Below are positions 1-9,836 of a stretch of DNA of 64,000 nt, piece after piece (positions within the stretch are counted from its first letter, which is position 1; each line of letters opens with the position of its first letter). The stretch comes from Capillibacterium sp. (GTDB lineage Bacteria > Bacillota > UBA4882 > UBA10575), in the NCBI GenBank assembly GCA_036562545.1, contig DATCJZ010000039.1:293-64292 (forward strand), in the 5' to 3' direction. The position numbers and the translations under genes are program-made. The notes beneath the pieces were generated by a model, which saw nothing but the letters and a program-made list of their open reading frames with translations, had not been told where the DNA came from and did not search any database.

Positions 1-136
1 AAACCCATCATTTCATGGTCACAGAACAGGAGAAAAGTTCTGTAACCGATTCTTAATATACCATAAAGAGACCAGCTAAATATAGCTTTAATTATTTCCA
101 GCTTAACATAATGATGCTTCTGCGTCACAAAGGAGG

Positions 137-373
137 TTGTCCTGGATGGTGTGGCAATTTTGGCTAACTCTCTTCCTGGCGGTTCTTTTCTTCATTAACC
201 TGTATTTAACCGCGGCGGTGTATGTGGATGCGAAAAAGCGCGGCCTTGACCAGTTTAATTTGCCCCCGGGCATCTGGGCTCTGGTCACTTTCACCTTTCC
301 CCTCTGGGGCTTTTTTGTTTACTGGCTGATGCACCATTCGACCTTGGCCTTCCGGGAAAGACCGCCCTATTGA
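137..373 (+). CDS. small integral membrane protein (two predicted TM helices; resembles PLD-nuclease N-terminal-type small membrane proteins)
   Basis: 78-aa ORF with AGGAGG 8 nt upstream of the ATG. Two hydrophobic stretches (WQFWLTLFLAVLFFINLYL and IWALVTFTFPLWGFFVYWL). Family assignment is by resemblance only. Confidence 0.5.
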   Translation: MSWMVWQFWLTLFLAVLFFINLYLTAAVYVDAKKRGLDQFNLPPGIWALVTFTFPLWGFFVYWLMHHSTLAFRERPPY

Positions 374-441
374 GCATTGAGCGGCCGGGGTGCGGGGCAT
401 ACTGAAGATAATGCTGGTGATCGGCGGGAGGAAGTTGAGAA

Positions 442-2694
442 ATGCACCGCGTGCGGATTCATGCCCCGGCCAGTCTCAATTGGCAAAACCCCTTTTTGCA
501 TCTTTGGTATCCCGGGCACAATGAGGCCTACCAAGACTATCCGGTGACCGCCTGGGACGACTACGGCGCCGTTTTTGAGTTTGAGCTGACACGGAACTAC
601 TTTTGCTTCAAATACGGGGAGCGCAGGGGCGACCAGGTCGTCTGGGAACCGCTGGAGCGTTGCTACGGTCAACACCTGGGGCCTGAAGTCTGGACCGTCA
701 GCACCCATAATGAAGTTTACCCGCAAAGACCGGCGGCGGTAGCGGGTTCGGTACGCGAGCTTTTTCCCGAGATTGCCCCGTTGATCCGAGAGAATCAATA
801 CTTGCCGGATACGGATGTGAGCGGGCAAGGGGTGGCGGCGATGCTGGGCGCCACTTACTTAAAGGACGGCACCACCCTGTTTGGTTTCTTCCACCCGCGG
901 GCCGCCCAAGTCTACCTGGTCGGGAACTTCAACGGCTGGCAGTCGCCTTACCATGACCGGCCCAGGCCGGAACTGTTTTTACCCATGCAGTTATACCGGG
1001 GTTATAACGACGAGCCTAACCTATGGCTGCTCCGGACCGGTCTGCCCGATCCGGCCGACCCGGAAAAAAACGCTTATCTATTTTTGGTGGTTGGCGGGGT
1101 GCCCCTCAACGAAAAACAGCAACCGGTCAAGCTGGCGCAGGATCCCTATGCCCGCCGTTACGGCGGGGATTACAACCGGAATGAATGTTTGGTGATCGAC
1201 CCTTCCGCTTACCAATGGCAGGATCGGGACTGGCGGACGCCGCCGGTGGACCGCTTGATCCTCTACGAGTTAAACATTTACGGCTTCACCGATCAAGATC
1301 CGGACATCCCCAAGGAGATTGCCGGGACCTTCCGCGGCACCATCCACCGGATCAAAGAGGGATATTTTGAGAAGCTGGGGATTACGGCTTTGGCGCTGAT
1401 GCCGACCTCCGAAGCGCCAACCGCCTTGAGTGATAACCGGCTTGGTTATGACCCCAGCGGTTTTATGACCATTGAACGGGATTTTGGCACTTGTGACGAA
1501 TTCAGAGCGCTGGTGGACACCGCCCACCAGTATGGTTTGGCGGTCATTGTGGACCAGGTTTTTAATCATACCTCCAATTCCTTTAACCCCCTCTGGCAAT
1601 TGATTCAGGATGGAACCCCTGGCGGGTTCTATTTTTCCGGTTCCACCCCCTGGGGGAACCGGGTGGCCACGGAGAAAGAGATCGTCCAGAATATGCTGAT
1701 TGACGCCTGCAAGATGTTTATCCGCGAATACCATGTGGACGGTTTCCGCTTTGACGCCACCCACAGTTCCTGGATGGACCATACTTTTCTCCACCGGTTG
1801 GCCTACGAGATTAAGGACAAGGGGTTCAAACCCGACTGTATTCTGATTGCCGAGAACCTGCCGAACGAGGCCGATTTAAACCTCCAGGGCTACAACGGTT
1901 ATGCCCAGTGGTGCGATGCTTTCCACGACAAGATCAAGGCTTTGCTGCGCGAAGGGGTCTTCCGGGACTGGACCGATAACTCCCCGGCTTACCTCGGGAG
2001 TATTTTCTATTTCTCCAAGGATTTTTACGCCGCCCACACCAACAACGTGGTGAACTACTGCGAAAGCCATGATGAGCACAGCGTTCCCTATGAGGTGGCC
2101 ACCCGGGGGGACGGTTTGATCTGGGAACCGGCGAAGGAACGCAAAGCCCGTCTGGGCATCTTTGCCACTATGGTGGCGCTGGGGCAGCCTATGATCTATA
2201 TGGGGCAGGAATTCGGGGTGGAACGTCCGCGCAACCGGGTGGATCTGAACTGGCCGGAATTTCTGGAAAAGCACCAATACTACCAATGGGTGGCGGGCTT
2301 AATCCGTTTACGCCGGCGTTACCCCGGGCTACGGATTTACGGCTACGACCCCCAGCAGGAAAGGACCTTCCGGTGGCTGATCGGGCCCTGGCTGGGGGAG
2401 AAATACGGCGGGGGGAGAAACGTGATCGGGTGGACCACCAATCCCGGCGCGCCCTGGGAACGGATGGTGGTTTTACTTAACTTTGAACCTTATGCGGTAA
2501 TGGTGGATTTGGAGTTCCCCTTACCCGGTTATTGGGTGAAACTGGCCGATATTGACTGCATCAATGACCTGCCGCCGGAGGGGGAAAATTCCATCCACCA
2601 CCCGGCGACGATCAAAACCACCGGCCATTTTGGCGGGTTTTCTTTGCCATCTTCTAGCGGGTTCATCTATAAATGGGAAAGCGGGCTGCCCTAA
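442..2694 (+). CDS. GH13 alpha-amylase-family glucan enzyme with a CBM48/E-set-like module
   Basis: 750-aa ORF with a GGGAGGAAG RBS. CBM48-like VYLVGNFNGWQ is followed by the four GH13 regions: VDQVFNH, GFRFDATH, LIAENL and YCESHDE. Confidence 0.85.
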   Translation: MHRVRIHAPASLNWQNPFLHLWYPGHNEAYQDYPVTAWDDYGAVFEFELTRNYFCFKYGERRGDQVVWEPLERCYGQHLGPEVWTVSTHNEVYPQRPAAVAGSVRELFPEIAPLIRENQYLPDTDVSGQGVAAMLGATYLKDGTTLFGFFHPRAAQVYLVGNFNGWQSPYHDRPRPELFLPMQLYRGYNDEPNLWLLRTGLPDPADPEKNAYLFLVVGGVPLNEKQQPVKLAQDPYARRYGGDYNRNECLVIDPSAYQWQDRDWRTPPVDRLILYELNIYGFTDQDPDIPKEIAGTFRGTIHRIKEGYFEKLGITALALMPTSEAPTALSDNRLGYDPSGFMTIERDFGTCDEFRALVDTAHQYGLAVIVDQVFNHTSNSFNPLWQLIQDGTPGGFYFSGSTPWGNRVATEKEIVQNMLIDACKMFIREYHVDGFRFDATHSSWMDHTFLHRLAYEIKDKGFKPDCILIAENLPNEADLNLQGYNGYAQWCDAFHDKIKALLREGVFRDWTDNSPAYLGSIFYFSKDFYAAHTNNVVNYCESHDEHSVPYEVATRGDGLIWEPAKERKARLGIFATMVALGQPMIYMGQEFGVERPRNRVDLNWPEFLEKHQYYQWVAGLIRLRRRYPGLRIYGYDPQQERTFRWLIGPWLGEKYGGGRNVIGWTTNPGAPWERMVVLLNFEPYAVMVDLEFPLPGYWVKLADIDCINDLPPEGENSIHHPATIKTTGHFGGFSLPSSSGFIYKWESGLP

Positions 2695-2812
2695 AGCGGA
2701 CAGGCGGACACTTGACATAAAAAAGAGGAGACCAGGCGCGGTATTAGCTATAAGTGGGCTGTATATCCCCTCTTCTTCTCCTCATATAATACTCTTACGA
2801 GGGGGGTAGACC

Positions 2813-3685
2813 ATGTCCACGATCCAAATTGGCACCGGATCCCTCTTTGACCTGAGGTCCAATTTAGAACCGGAGATTAGCCGCTGGGAGAAGGAGGGTC
2901 TGACGCTCCGGGTCGAAGAGGAAAAAAAAGGAAAGTTCAAATTCCTCAATTTCACCTTTGGCCAGCCGGACAAGGGGATCAGCAAAAAAGCGGAGGATAC
3001 CTTCCGCCAAAACCTGACGCTGGTCGTGACCAACCTGCTCTTGGGGGAGGTCTCGCAAAACCTCTTGCGGCGAATGATCCGGATCGACCATCCCTATCTT
3101 TCCCCCGCCGAAGCCGAGCTTCTTTCCCAGAAAGTACTCACCGCCCTGACGAAGGCCGGGGAAAAAAAGCGGATCGAACGGGTACAAAAGGAAGTCAGCG
3201 CTTTTTTAAGTGAAAATAATGCCATCTTTCTGGAGGGCTTTTTCCGTTTCCGTTTGAAGGATTATTTTTCCGAACTCAAAGAAAACCTGGAAGAGGCCAT
3301 CGAGCAATTACTGGCCGACAAGGAATACCAGGAATTTATAAAGCTCCTCCGCTATTTTGTGGAGATTCAGGAGCCGAAGATCGCCGAAGTCCATGTCCTC
3401 TTTTATTCCAAGGAGAATTTCCGCCTGCTGGATGAGGAAGAAAAACCCCTCGAGCAGGAGTATCTCTTGAAGGTGCTCGGGGATCTGAAGGATGAAGGCT
3501 TGAAATATGAAGATCTTCTCCTGAGCGCGCTCATCACCCTTTCCCCGGAGCGGATCATCCTTCATCATTCGGAAAAGACCAATATTGTCAACACCATTGT
3601 CAATGTCTTTACCGGCCGGGTCACCTTTTGCCGCGATTGCGAATTGTGCCGGAATACGGGGGAAGATGCATATAAAGATACATAA
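2813..3685 (+). CDS. YtxC-like sporulation-associated protein (family call tentative)
   Basis: 290-aa ORF rich in charged and helical sequence. The GFFRFRLKDY motif and the size are reminiscent of the YtxC-like family of endospore formers. Followed by a terminator. Confidence 0.5.
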   Translation: MSTIQIGTGSLFDLRSNLEPEISRWEKEGLTLRVEEEKKGKFKFLNFTFGQPDKGISKKAEDTFRQNLTLVVTNLLLGEVSQNLLRRMIRIDHPYLSPAEAELLSQKVLTALTKAGEKKRIERVQKEVSAFLSENNAIFLEGFFRFRLKDYFSELKENLEEAIEQLLADKEYQEFIKLLRYFVEIQEPKIAEVHVLFYSKENFRLLDEEEKPLEQEYLLKVLGDLKDEGLKYEDLLLSALITLSPERIILHHSEKTNIVNTIVNVFTGRVTFCRDCELCRNTGEDAYKDT

Positions 3686-3709
3686 TCCCGGAAGGGATTC
3701 TTTTTTTAT
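3685..3709 (+). terminator. rho-independent terminator after the ytxC-like gene
   Basis: Hairpin aatccc-ggaa-gggatt followed by cttttttt. Confidence 0.7.
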
Positions 3710-3725
3710 CCTGTTTTTTGCCTGG

Positions 3726-3754
3726 TTGACATTCCTGGCGGCCAATGGTATACT
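3726..3754 (+). promoter_or_regulatory. sigma-A type promoter of the T-box/hom transcript
   Basis: TTGACA (3726-3731), 17-nt spacer, TATACT (3749-3754). Confidence 0.7.
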
Positions 3755-3761
3755 GATTTAA

Positions 3762-4036
3762 ACATACCAACCGAACATGAGGAAGGGAAGAGTACCCCGG
3801 CCAAACCTTCTGCCAGAGACAGGCGGTTATAAGCTGGAAGCCGCCTGGAAGGAACCGTGGGGAAGACCACCCCGGAGTGGCTGCGAGGAGCAGTCCGGTG
3901 GAACCGTTATCTCCGCCAAAGCGCACCGGCCATTAGTCATTGGATTAGACACGGCCTTGAATCGAGGTCAACGGCCGGTGAAAAAAGGTGGAACCGCGGA
4001 ACCCTCCGTCCTTTTCAGGATGGAGGGTTTTTTTTC
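3762..4036 (+). promoter_or_regulatory. T-box riboswitch leader, predicted Thr (ACC) specifier, controlling hom
   Basis: Stem I elements: AAGAGTA (3788-3794) and AG-bulge AGAGA (3815-3819). Specifier loop AAG-ACC-A with ACC at 3866-3868. F-box CCGTTA (3904-3909). T-box sequence GGTGGAACCGCG (3987-3998). The T-box sequence overlaps a terminator stem (4002-4027) followed by a T8 run. Confidence 0.85.
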
Positions 4037-4052
4037 ATAAAAAAGGATTGAG

Positions 4053-5360
4053 GTGATGAGGCAGATGGGGAAAGTTGTTCAGGTCGGAATTGTGGGGATG
4101 GGGGTGGTGGGGACCGGCGTCGCTAAAATCCTCCTCCACCAGGGCGCTTTATTGACTGAACGGACTGGCCGGGAGTTCCGGTTGAAAACCGTCGTCGACC
4201 TTGATTGGGCGCGGGACCGGGGCGTAGATCTCACCGGTGTGGAGAGGACCACCGATTTTCATGCTTTACTTTCCGATCCGGAGATCGATATTGTTGTCGA
4301 GACGGTCGGGGGGATTGAACCGGCTTGTTCCATGGTCCGGCAGGCCCTGGCCAAAGGGAAACATGTCGTTACCGCCAATAAGGCCTTGATCGCCCTCAAA
4401 GGGCGGGAGCTTTTTAAAGAAGCCCGTGATAGCGGGGTGGATCTCCGCTTTGAAGCCAGTGTCGGCGGGGGAATTCCCATCATCAAAAGTCTGCGGGAAG
4501 GTTTGGTGGCGAACCGGATCAAAAACATCTACGGGATTATTAACGGGACTTCCAATTATATTCTCACCCGGATGCATCAGGAAGGGATGGATTTTGCCGC
4601 GGCGCTCAAGGAAGCCCAGGCCAAAGGCTTTGCCGAGGCCGATCCCACCCTTGATGTCGGCGGGGGGGACGCCGCCCACAAACTGACCATACTGGCTTCG
4701 CTGGCCGCCGGCGGCTTTGTCGATTTCCAGGCCATCCCGGTGGAAGGGATTACCGAGTTGACTGCCTTGGATATTAACTTTGCCAAAAGCTTCGGTTATG
4801 TCATCAAATTACTGGCCATCTGCCGGTTCAACGGCAAGCTGGATCTCCGGGTCCATCCCACCCTGGTGCCGAAGGATCACCTTTTGGCGGCGGTCAATAA
4901 TGAACTCAACGCCATCTTTGTCACCGGCGATTATGTGGGGGATACCATGTTCTATGGTCCGGGGGCGGGTCAGGCGCCGACGGCCAGTGCCATCGTGAGT
5001 GACCTGGTGGACTTGGGCCGGAACATCGGCGCGGATCAGGAGACCGCGGCGGCGCCTGTGATTAATCCCGAAAAGGAAGTGCCCCTCTTTTCCCTGGAAG
5101 AGGTCACCAACCGTTTCTACCTTCGTTTATTTACCCTGGACCAACCGGGTATTCTCGCCCAAATCGCCGGGGTGCTGGCCAAATACGGGATCTCCATTTC
5201 TTCTGTGGTCCAGTTGGAGACCCACGGGACTGCCAATTACGTCCCGATTGTCCTGCTCACCCATGAAGCTTCGGAAAAAGCCATGTATAATGCCTTGGCC
5301 GAGATTAAGAAGTTTTCCTTTGTCCGGCCGGACATCTTAAGATTACGGCTTTTTAAATAA
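4053..5360 (+). CDS. hom: homoserine dehydrogenase
   Basis: N-terminal NAD-binding VGIVGMGVVGTGV, a central homoserine dehydrogenase catalytic region and a C-terminal ACT-like domain (LDQPGILAQIAGVLAKYGISI). The start could also be the ATG at 4068. Confidence 0.9.
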   Translation: MMRQMGKVVQVGIVGMGVVGTGVAKILLHQGALLTERTGREFRLKTVVDLDWARDRGVDLTGVERTTDFHALLSDPEIDIVVETVGGIEPACSMVRQALAKGKHVVTANKALIALKGRELFKEARDSGVDLRFEASVGGGIPIIKSLREGLVANRIKNIYGIINGTSNYILTRMHQEGMDFAAALKEAQAKGFAEADPTLDVGGGDAAHKLTILASLAAGGFVDFQAIPVEGITELTALDINFAKSFGYVIKLLAICRFNGKLDLRVHPTLVPKDHLLAAVNNELNAIFVTGDYVGDTMFYGPGAGQAPTASAIVSDLVDLGRNIGADQETAAAPVINPEKEVPLFSLEEVTNRFYLRLFTLDQPGILAQIAGVLAKYGISISSVVQLETHGTANYVPIVLLTHEASEKAMYNALAEIKKFSFVRPDILRLRLFK

Positions 5361-5414
5361 ACTTTCCATGACAGGAGCCGGTTTTCGGGTTATAATAGCA
5401 AGGGAACCTGACGA

Positions 5415-5660
5415 ATGAGCAAGGAGGAAGAAAGCTTGAAAGAACGGGTACAAGAAGTGCTGAATAAGATCCGCCCTTCCCTGCAAGCGGACGGCGGTGA
5501 TGTGGAACTGGTGGAGGTTACGGCCGACGGGATTGTCCGGGTCCGGTTGCAAGGGCATTGCGCCGGGTGTCCGATGTCGATGATGACGTTAAAGAACGGG
5601 ATCGAACAGTATCTAAAGGAAGAAATCCCCGAAGTAAAAGCGGTGGAGCAAGTTTTTTAA
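5415..5660 (+). CDS. NifU/Nfu C-terminal-domain Fe-S cluster scaffold/carrier protein
   Basis: 81 aa with the typical [13 protein letters not shown]...GHCAGCPMS motif. Confidence 0.85.
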   Translation: MSKEEESLKERVQEVLNKIRPSLQADGGDVELVEVTADGIVRVRLQGHCAGCPMSMMTLKNGIEQYLKEEIPEVKAVEQVF

Positions 5661-5760
5661 GCAGGAATAAACTTACGGTTGCGCAGAAATGACAATTGAC
5701 GGTTACCAGGAGCAAATCCCGGCCTAAAGGATTCATAACCCCAAGGACTGTTGAAGGTGG

Positions 5761-5792
5761 AGCTGCCGAACTTAATCGGCAGCCCTTTTTTT
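5761..5792 (+). terminator. rho-independent terminator after the nfu-like gene
   Basis: gctgccg-aacttaat-cggcagc followed by cctttttttatt. Confidence 0.75.
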
Positions 5793-5956
5793 ATTAATCT
5801 TTTTCCTATTTTTAATTTTACTTTTGACCCGGGGCATGTATAATGAGATCACAAAGATTGTTATACATTTTGACATAGTTAGTCAAAAATATAACCCAGT
5901 TTGTTAAAAGCAATCACATTCCTTTAAATATTTCATGACGATGGGGGGCGTTGATA

Positions 5957-8644
5957 ATGAAAAACAGCCGGTTAAACGTGGTGGAAAAAGAAAGGGTGGC
6001 CGGTGTACCCGGGAGTGGACAGCGACTGACGGTGATGGAAAGGGAAGAAGCGGAGACACCGGTCTATGTGGCCGAGATTGATCAATTGGTGGCCCGGGCT
6101 ACCCAGGCCGGAGAGAAACTGCTCGCCTTTGACCAGGAACAGATCGACAAGATTGTGAAGGCCATGGCCCTGGCCGGGGTGGAACACCACCGGGAACTGG
6201 CGAAACTGGCGTGGGAGGAGACCGGACGCGGCGTTTATGAGGACAAGATCACGAAGAACCTCTTTGCGACCGAGTATATCTATAACAATATTAAAGATCT
6301 GAAAACCGTCGGGGTCATTGAGGAAAACCCGGCCGAGGGCTACATGAAGGTGGCGGAGCCCATTGGGGTGATTGCCGCCTTAACCCCGGTGACCAATCCC
6401 ACCTCGACGACCATGTTTAAGAGTCTGATCGCTTTGAAGACCAGGAACCCGATTATCTTTAGTTTTCATCCCTCGGCCCTCAAGTGCAGCATTGCCGCGG
6501 CCGAAGTGATGCTGGAAGCGGCGGTGGCGGCAGGGGCGCCGGCCGGTTGCATCGGCTGGCTCAGCAATCCTTCCGTGGAGGCAATTAACTATCTAATGAA
6601 ACACCCGGGGGTGAATTTGATTCTGGCGACCGGCGGGGCGGGGATGGTCAAGGCCGCCTACTCCAGCGGCAAACCGGCCCTGGGCGTCGGGCCGGGGAAC
6701 GTTCCGTGTTATATTGAAAAAACCGCCAACTTGGAGCAGGCGGTGACCGATTTAATTTTAAGCAAAACCTTTGATCACGGGATGATCTGCGCCTCCGAGC
6801 AAGCGGTGATTATCGACCGGGAGGTGGAGGCGGAAGTCAAAAAATTAATGACCGAAAACGGCTGCTATTTCTTGAAACCTGCCGAGATCGCCGCCCTCTC
6901 CCGAGTGGCCATTGATGAAAAACGGGGCGGAATGAGCCCGGCGGTGGTTGGTCAACCGGCGGAGAAAATTGCCAAACTCGCCGGGTTCGAGGTGCCGGCC
7001 GGGACTAAGATCCTGGTGGCGGAACTGGAAGGGGTCGGTCCCGACTATCCCCTCTCCCGGGAAAAACTCAGCCCGATTTTGGCTTGCTATGTGGTGAACG
7101 ACTATCATGAAGGGATTAAGCTGTGCGAAGCGATCACCGAATTTGGCGGTCTGGGCCATTCGGCCGTGATCCATAGCAATGACCGGCAGGTGATTGATGA
7201 GTTTGCCCGGCGGGTGCGGACCGGCCGCCTCCTGGTGAATGTCCCGTCGACCCACGGGGCGATCGGCGACCTGTACAACTCCAATAAGCCGTCCCTGACG
7301 TTGGGTTGCGGGACGATGGGGGGAAATGCCACCACCGATAACGTCAGTGTGGGGAATTTAATCAATATCAAGCGGGTCTCCTTACGGCAACCGCGGATGA
7401 AATGGTTTAAAGTGCCGCCCAAAATTTACTTTGAGTACGGTTCTTTGCAGTACCTGGCCAAACTGAAGGGGAGCCGGGCGGTGATCGTCACCGATCCGTT
7501 GATGGTGAAGTTGAAGTATGTGGATAAAATCCTGTATCATCTCGAAAAGACCGGAATGGATTACCGGATCTTCTCGGAGGTGGAGTCCGATCCTTCCGTC
7601 GAAACGGTGGAGAAGGGTTGCCGTCTGATGCAGGAGTTCCAGCCGGATGTGATTATTGCGCTCGGCGGAGGTTCGGCCATCGACGCCGCCAAAGGCATGT
7701 GGCTCTTTTACGAATACCCGGATCTGGACTTTAAAAAATTGCGCTTAAAGTTTGCCGATATCCGGAAACGGGCTTTCCGCTTCCCGGAGCTGGGCAAGAA
7801 AGCGACGTTTGTCGCGATTCCGACCACTTCCGGGACGGGTTCGGAAGTCACCGCTTTTGCCGTCATTACCGACAAGAAACAGCAGATCAAATACCCCTTG
7901 ACGGATTACGCATTGACGCCGGATATCGCCATCATCGACCCGGAATTGGTGCTGACGGTCCCGCCGGCGGTCACGGCCGATACAGGGATGGACGTTTTGA
8001 CCCACGCCATCGAGGCCTATGTCTCGGTGATGGCCTCCGATTACACTGATGCTTTGGCGGAGAAGGCGGTTAAAATGGTCTTTACCTATCTGCCCCGGGC
8101 CTACAAAAACGGAAACGACAAAGAAGCCCGGGAGAAGATGCATAATGCCTCTTGCCTGGCGGGGATGGCCTTTACCAACGCTTTTCTTGGTTTGAACCAT
8201 AGCATGGCCCATATTTTGGGCGGGAAATTCCACTTGCCCCACGGCCGGGCCAACGCCATCCTTTTACCCTACGTGATTAAGTATAATGCGGAAAAGCCCA
8301 GCAAGTTTGTGGCCTTTCCGCAGTATGACTCCTACAAAGCGCCGGAAAAATACGCCGCCCTTGCCCGGATGCTGGGCCTGCCGGCGTCAACCACCGAAGA
8401 AGGGGTGGCCAGCCTGATTCAGGCGATCCGGGACCTCCAGGCCGAGCTGAATATCCCCTCTTCCCTGCAGGAAGCCGGGATCAACCGGGCGGATTTTGAG
8501 AAGGCGGTCGCCGAGATGGCCGATATTGCCTTCAATGACCAATGCACCGGGACCAATCCGCGGATGCCCTTGGTCTCCGAGATTGAAGCCCTTTATGAAG
8601 AGGTTTATACCGGCAAGGAAATGCCGGTGGCTTATGCCTGTTAA
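5957..8644 (+). CDS. adhE: bifunctional acetaldehyde-CoA/alcohol dehydrogenase
   Basis: N-terminal ALDH domain with catalytic Cys in GMICASEQ. C-terminal iron-ADH domain (GGGSAIDAAK plus a His-rich metal site). About 895 aa. The ORF opens at 5951 and the ATG at 5957 is preferred. Confidence 0.95.
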   Translation: MKNSRLNVVEKERVAGVPGSGQRLTVMEREEAETPVYVAEIDQLVARATQAGEKLLAFDQEQIDKIVKAMALAGVEHHRELAKLAWEETGRGVYEDKITKNLFATEYIYNNIKDLKTVGVIEENPAEGYMKVAEPIGVIAALTPVTNPTSTTMFKSLIALKTRNPIIFSFHPSALKCSIAAAEVMLEAAVAAGAPAGCIGWLSNPSVEAINYLMKHPGVNLILATGGAGMVKAAYSSGKPALGVGPGNVPCYIEKTANLEQAVTDLILSKTFDHGMICASEQAVIIDREVEAEVKKLMTENGCYFLKPAEIAALSRVAIDEKRGGMSPAVVGQPAEKIAKLAGFEVPAGTKILVAELEGVGPDYPLSREKLSPILACYVVNDYHEGIKLCEAITEFGGLGHSAVIHSNDRQVIDEFARRVRTGRLLVNVPSTHGAIGDLYNSNKPSLTLGCGTMGGNATTDNVSVGNLINIKRVSLRQPRMKWFKVPPKIYFEYGSLQYLAKLKGSRAVIVTDPLMVKLKYVDKILYHLEKTGMDYRIFSEVESDPSVETVEKGCRLMQEFQPDVIIALGGGSAIDAAKGMWLFYEYPDLDFKKLRLKFADIRKRAFRFPELGKKATFVAIPTTSGTGSEVTAFAVITDKKQQIKYPLTDYALTPDIAIIDPELVLTVPPAVTADTGMDVLTHAIEAYVSVMASDYTDALAEKAVKMVFTYLPRAYKNGNDKEAREKMHNASCLAGMAFTNAFLGLNHSMAHILGGKFHLPHGRANAILLPYVIKYNAEKPSKFVAFPQYDSYKAPEKYAALARMLGLPASTTEEGVASLIQAIRDLQAELNIPSSLQEAGINRADFEKAVAEMADIAFNDQCTGTNPRMPLVSEIEALYEEVYTGKEMPVAYAC

Positions 8645-8743
8645 AAAGGGTTGCCAAGAACAGTTGGCAACGGATTGAACCGGCGGGAACTGTAATACCG
8701 GGTGGCTACAACCGGTGCCGATTTTAAAGGTCAACCTAAAAGT

Positions 8744-8785
8744 AAACCGGGCGGTCCTCTTGCGACTGCCCGGTTTGTTTAATTT
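8744..8785 (+). terminator. rho-independent terminator after adhE
   Basis: aaccgggc (8745-8752) pairs with gcccggtt (8768-8775), followed by a T-rich tract. Confidence 0.65.
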
Positions 8786-8881
8786 GGACTTGTCTTTTTT
8801 CGTAAAGAAGCTTATGATAAATATATTAGCAATTGAAAGTATCGGAGCGGAAGATGTCGAAGAAGACAACGGGGTGATCCT

Positions 8882-9817
8882 ATGAAAGTCAAAGTCGTGA
8901 TCAATCCGGTTGCCGGCCGTGGTCGGGCCTTAAAGGCCAAACCACAGATTTTGCGAGCTTTATTCGATTATGATGTTGAGCTTCATCTGGAAGAGACAAA
9001 AGGCCCCCACCATGCCGCCGAGATTGCCCGCCAAGCAGTGTACGGGGGCTTTGATCTAATTATTGTCGCCGGTGGCGACGGGACGGTTAACCAGGTGGTG
9101 AACGGCATGGGGGAGGAACGGATCCCCATTGGCGTGGTGGGATGCGGAACGGGGAATGATTTTGCCGCCGCCCTCAAGATGCCGGCCGACCCGGCGGCTG
9201 CCGTTCATCAGATCATGACCGGTGACCTTTGCCGGCTTGATCTCTGCCGGGTTAACCAGCGGTATTTTGTTTCATCCGCGGGCATCGGCTTTGACGGTGA
9301 GGTTGCTTTCCATGTCAATGAGGGATTCCGCTGGGTCCGCGGGAAGGCCGCATATCTCTGCAGTGTTTTTAAAACCCTCTTTGCTTACCAGCCCCGCCGG
9401 CTTAAATTGACCGTCGATGGTTTAGTGATGGAATTTAACAGTCTGCTCGTGGCGATTACCAATTCACCGACCTACGGCGGAGGGCTGAAAATTAATCCGG
9501 AAGCCAGGCTCAACGACGGCTATTTTGATCTCTGCGCCGTGCAGTACATGAGTGTTCCGGAGATCTTAGCCTATTTGCCCTTGCTTTTCCCCGGCTGGCA
9601 TAAGGGCTTAAAAAAGGTCCGGATGCTAAAAGGCCGGAATATTATTTTAGAAAGCAATCAGCCCTTTTATTACCAACTGGATGGCGAAATCCTCACCGAC
9701 CAGCTTCTCCGCTTTACCATCTTTCCCGGAGCCCTTTTGGTCCGGGGGGCGAAGGTGGAGCCGGTGGAGGATTTTCAATTTGCGGAGGAGAAGCCGGCCC
9801 GGGCGCGGGAGGCTTAA
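8882..9817 (+). CDS. diacylglycerol/lipid kinase family protein (YegS/BmrU type)
   Basis: Matches NPVAGRG...IVAGGDGTVNQVVNG...GTGNDFA, the DAGK catalytic domain signature. Confidence 0.85.
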   Translation: MKVKVVINPVAGRGRALKAKPQILRALFDYDVELHLEETKGPHHAAEIARQAVYGGFDLIIVAGGDGTVNQVVNGMGEERIPIGVVGCGTGNDFAAALKMPADPAAAVHQIMTGDLCRLDLCRVNQRYFVSSAGIGFDGEVAFHVNEGFRWVRGKAAYLCSVFKTLFAYQPRRLKLTVDGLVMEFNSLLVAITNSPTYGGGLKINPEARLNDGYFDLCAVQYMSVPEILAYLPLLFPGWHKGLKKVRMLKGRNIILESNQPFYYQLDGEILTDQLLRFTIFPGALLVRGAKVEPVEDFQFAEEKPARAREA

Positions 9818-9836
9818 CCCCGGCCAAGCAAGGCCT

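Noticed and set aside
3848-3858. Alternative specifier reading GAA-GGA-A (Gly) or the first ACC at 3854-3856 in the T-box leader.
   Set aside because: GGAAGG (3848-3853) pairs with CCTTC (3807-3811) in the Stem I helix directly below the AG bulge, so these triplets are not in the specifier loop. The loop closed by GGG/CCC presents ACC at 3866-3868.
5745-5792. AAGGTGGAGCTGCCG before the nfu terminator looks like a T-box sequence (GGTGGNACCGCG).
   Set aside because: Only about 100 nt separate it from the stop of a clearly real Nfu ORF. No Stem I, specifier loop or F-box exists. It is simply the 5' arm of an ordinary terminator.
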